Positions 52,401-52,703 of a stretch of DNA of 52,703 bases are shown here, piece after piece. This stretch comes from an uncultured Alphaproteobacteria bacterium. Its GTDB lineage: Bacteria; Electryoneota; RPQS01. Within the stretch, counting starts at the first letter, position 1, and each line of letters begins with the position of its first letter. Made by a program: the position numbers and the translations under genes. The DNA lies in the NCBI GenBank assembly GCA_964631675.1, contig CAZVXJ010000001.1, positions 1 to 52,703 of the forward strand, written 5' to 3'. The notes under the pieces were generated by a model, which searched no databases, had not been told where the DNA came from, and saw only the letters and a list, made by a program, of their open reading frames with translations.

Positions 52401-52479
52401 CCTACCCTCGGGAGTCTATGTGTATAAACTCGAAGTAAACGGTTTCAGCGATGCGAAGAAGATGCTGCTGTTGAAGTAG
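49462..52479 (+). CDS. Multidomain exoprotein: lamin-tail-like domain, C39-like cysteine peptidase, TSP3-type Ca-binding repeats, proprotein-convertase P-domain, FN3-like domain, T9SS sorting domain
   Basis: GGAGGTGA ribosome-binding site. 'VVINEV...[14 protein letters not shown]' (LTD-like). '[17 protein letters not shown]' plus '[10 protein letters not shown]' (papain/C39-like Cys and His). '[12 protein letters not shown] / [12 protein letters not shown] / DVDGDGL' repeats. '[30 protein letters not shown]...GDWQIRF' (P-domain). The C-terminus is '[17 protein letters not shown]...KKMLLLK*'. Confidence 0.9.
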   Translation: [1005 protein letters not shown]

Positions 52480-52539
52480 ACACTTCTTATCGTTTCGATC
52501 CGCCCTTGCGGGTGCGGCAGTGCTTTATCGCTGACAATA

Positions 52540-52578
52540 GAGCCGATTCGGGATCTTCCGAGTCGGCTCCCTTTCTTG
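52540..52578 (+). terminator. Intrinsic terminator (two-tier hairpin)
   Basis: GAGCCGA..TCGG-GATCTT-CCGA..TCGGCTC followed by CCTTTCTTG. Confidence 0.6.
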
Positions 52579-52587
52579 AAAAAACAC

Positions 52588-52616
52588 TTGACAAGGACGG
52601 GTGAATTTTGTAGTTT
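52588..52616 (+). promoter_or_regulatory. Sigma-70-type promoter of the ArsR-like gene
   Basis: GAAAAAACAC-TTGACA (52588-52593), 17 nt, then TAGTTT (52611-52616). Confidence 0.5.
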
Positions 52617-52623
52617 ACTAACA

Positions 52624-52635
52624 AGTTAATTAACT
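52624..52635. promoter_or_regulatory. Perfect 12-bp palindrome, candidate ArsR/SmtB-type operator
   Basis: AGTTAATTAACT lies between the -10 element and the start codon of the ArsR-like gene. Confidence 0.4.
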
Positions 52636-52647
52636 GTATTATTAAAT

Positions 52648-52703
52648 ATGAAACTCGACAGGCTAAGCTCAATATTTTCTGCACTTGCAAACCCAACACG
52701 GCG
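52648..52703 (+). CDS. ArsR/SmtB-family transcriptional regulator, first 18 codons only
   Basis: MKLDRLSSIFSALANPTR... matches the 'lf.aLadptRl.iL' start of ArsR-family HTH proteins. It is truncated by the window end. Confidence 0.45.
   Translation, partial: MKLDRLSSIFSALANPTR

Noticed and set aside
52487-52699. 70-aa minus-strand ORF at the window end
   Set aside because: It overlaps the terminator, the promoter and the palindrome of the ArsR-like gene. It has low-complexity composition and no RBS.

Overview
This is a 52.7-kb window with about 45 protein genes, mostly on the + strand. I recognised no rRNA, tRNA, CRISPR array, integrase or transposase. The content fits an uncultivated T9SS-bearing (FCB-type) bacterium. 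Four proteins end in canonical T9SS/Por C-terminal sorting domains ('YPNPFNPTT...KMLLxK'), yet promoters look sigma-70-like (TTGACW-N17) and many genes have AGGAG-type ribosome-binding sites.

Layout:
- 1-8.1 kb: DUF4159- and DUF4175-like Bat-type envelope genes, with small membrane and secreted proteins between them.
- 8.1-22.6 kb: secreted or cell-surface proteins (TPR protein, GH18 chitinase translationally coupled to a radical-SAM enzyme, beta-propeller repeat protein, alkaline phosphatase) plus a hicBA pair.
- 22.6-25.9 kb: a toxin-antitoxin/defence islet (AbrB-Doc-DUF1330; Panacea/DUF4065 antitoxin with a ParE/RelE-like partner; an orphan HEPN-like Rx4H protein).
- 28.3-52.5 kb: an exoprotein arsenal with two giant S1 lysyl-endopeptidase-like proteases, Cys-rich repeat proteins, a PD40 propeller, an M6-like metalloprotease and a C39-like/P-domain protein.

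Most notable observations:
1. Two exported proteins are each split by a single in-frame TGA that is followed 14-15 nt later by a hairpin. One TGA sits exactly at a Cys position conserved in the protein's own internal repeats. This is either a selenocysteine candidate or a fresh pseudogene.
2. A truncated FN3-like C-terminal module ends eight otherwise unrelated secreted proteins. It may be a second sorting or anchoring tag alongside the T9SS CTD.
3. A Cys-rich ~125-aa module family is expanded across four genes.
4. Intergenic spacers are built from 7- or 8-nt periodic words that fold into long, strand-specific hairpins containing G-U pairs.

All functional calls come from reading motifs by eye. 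No database search was run.
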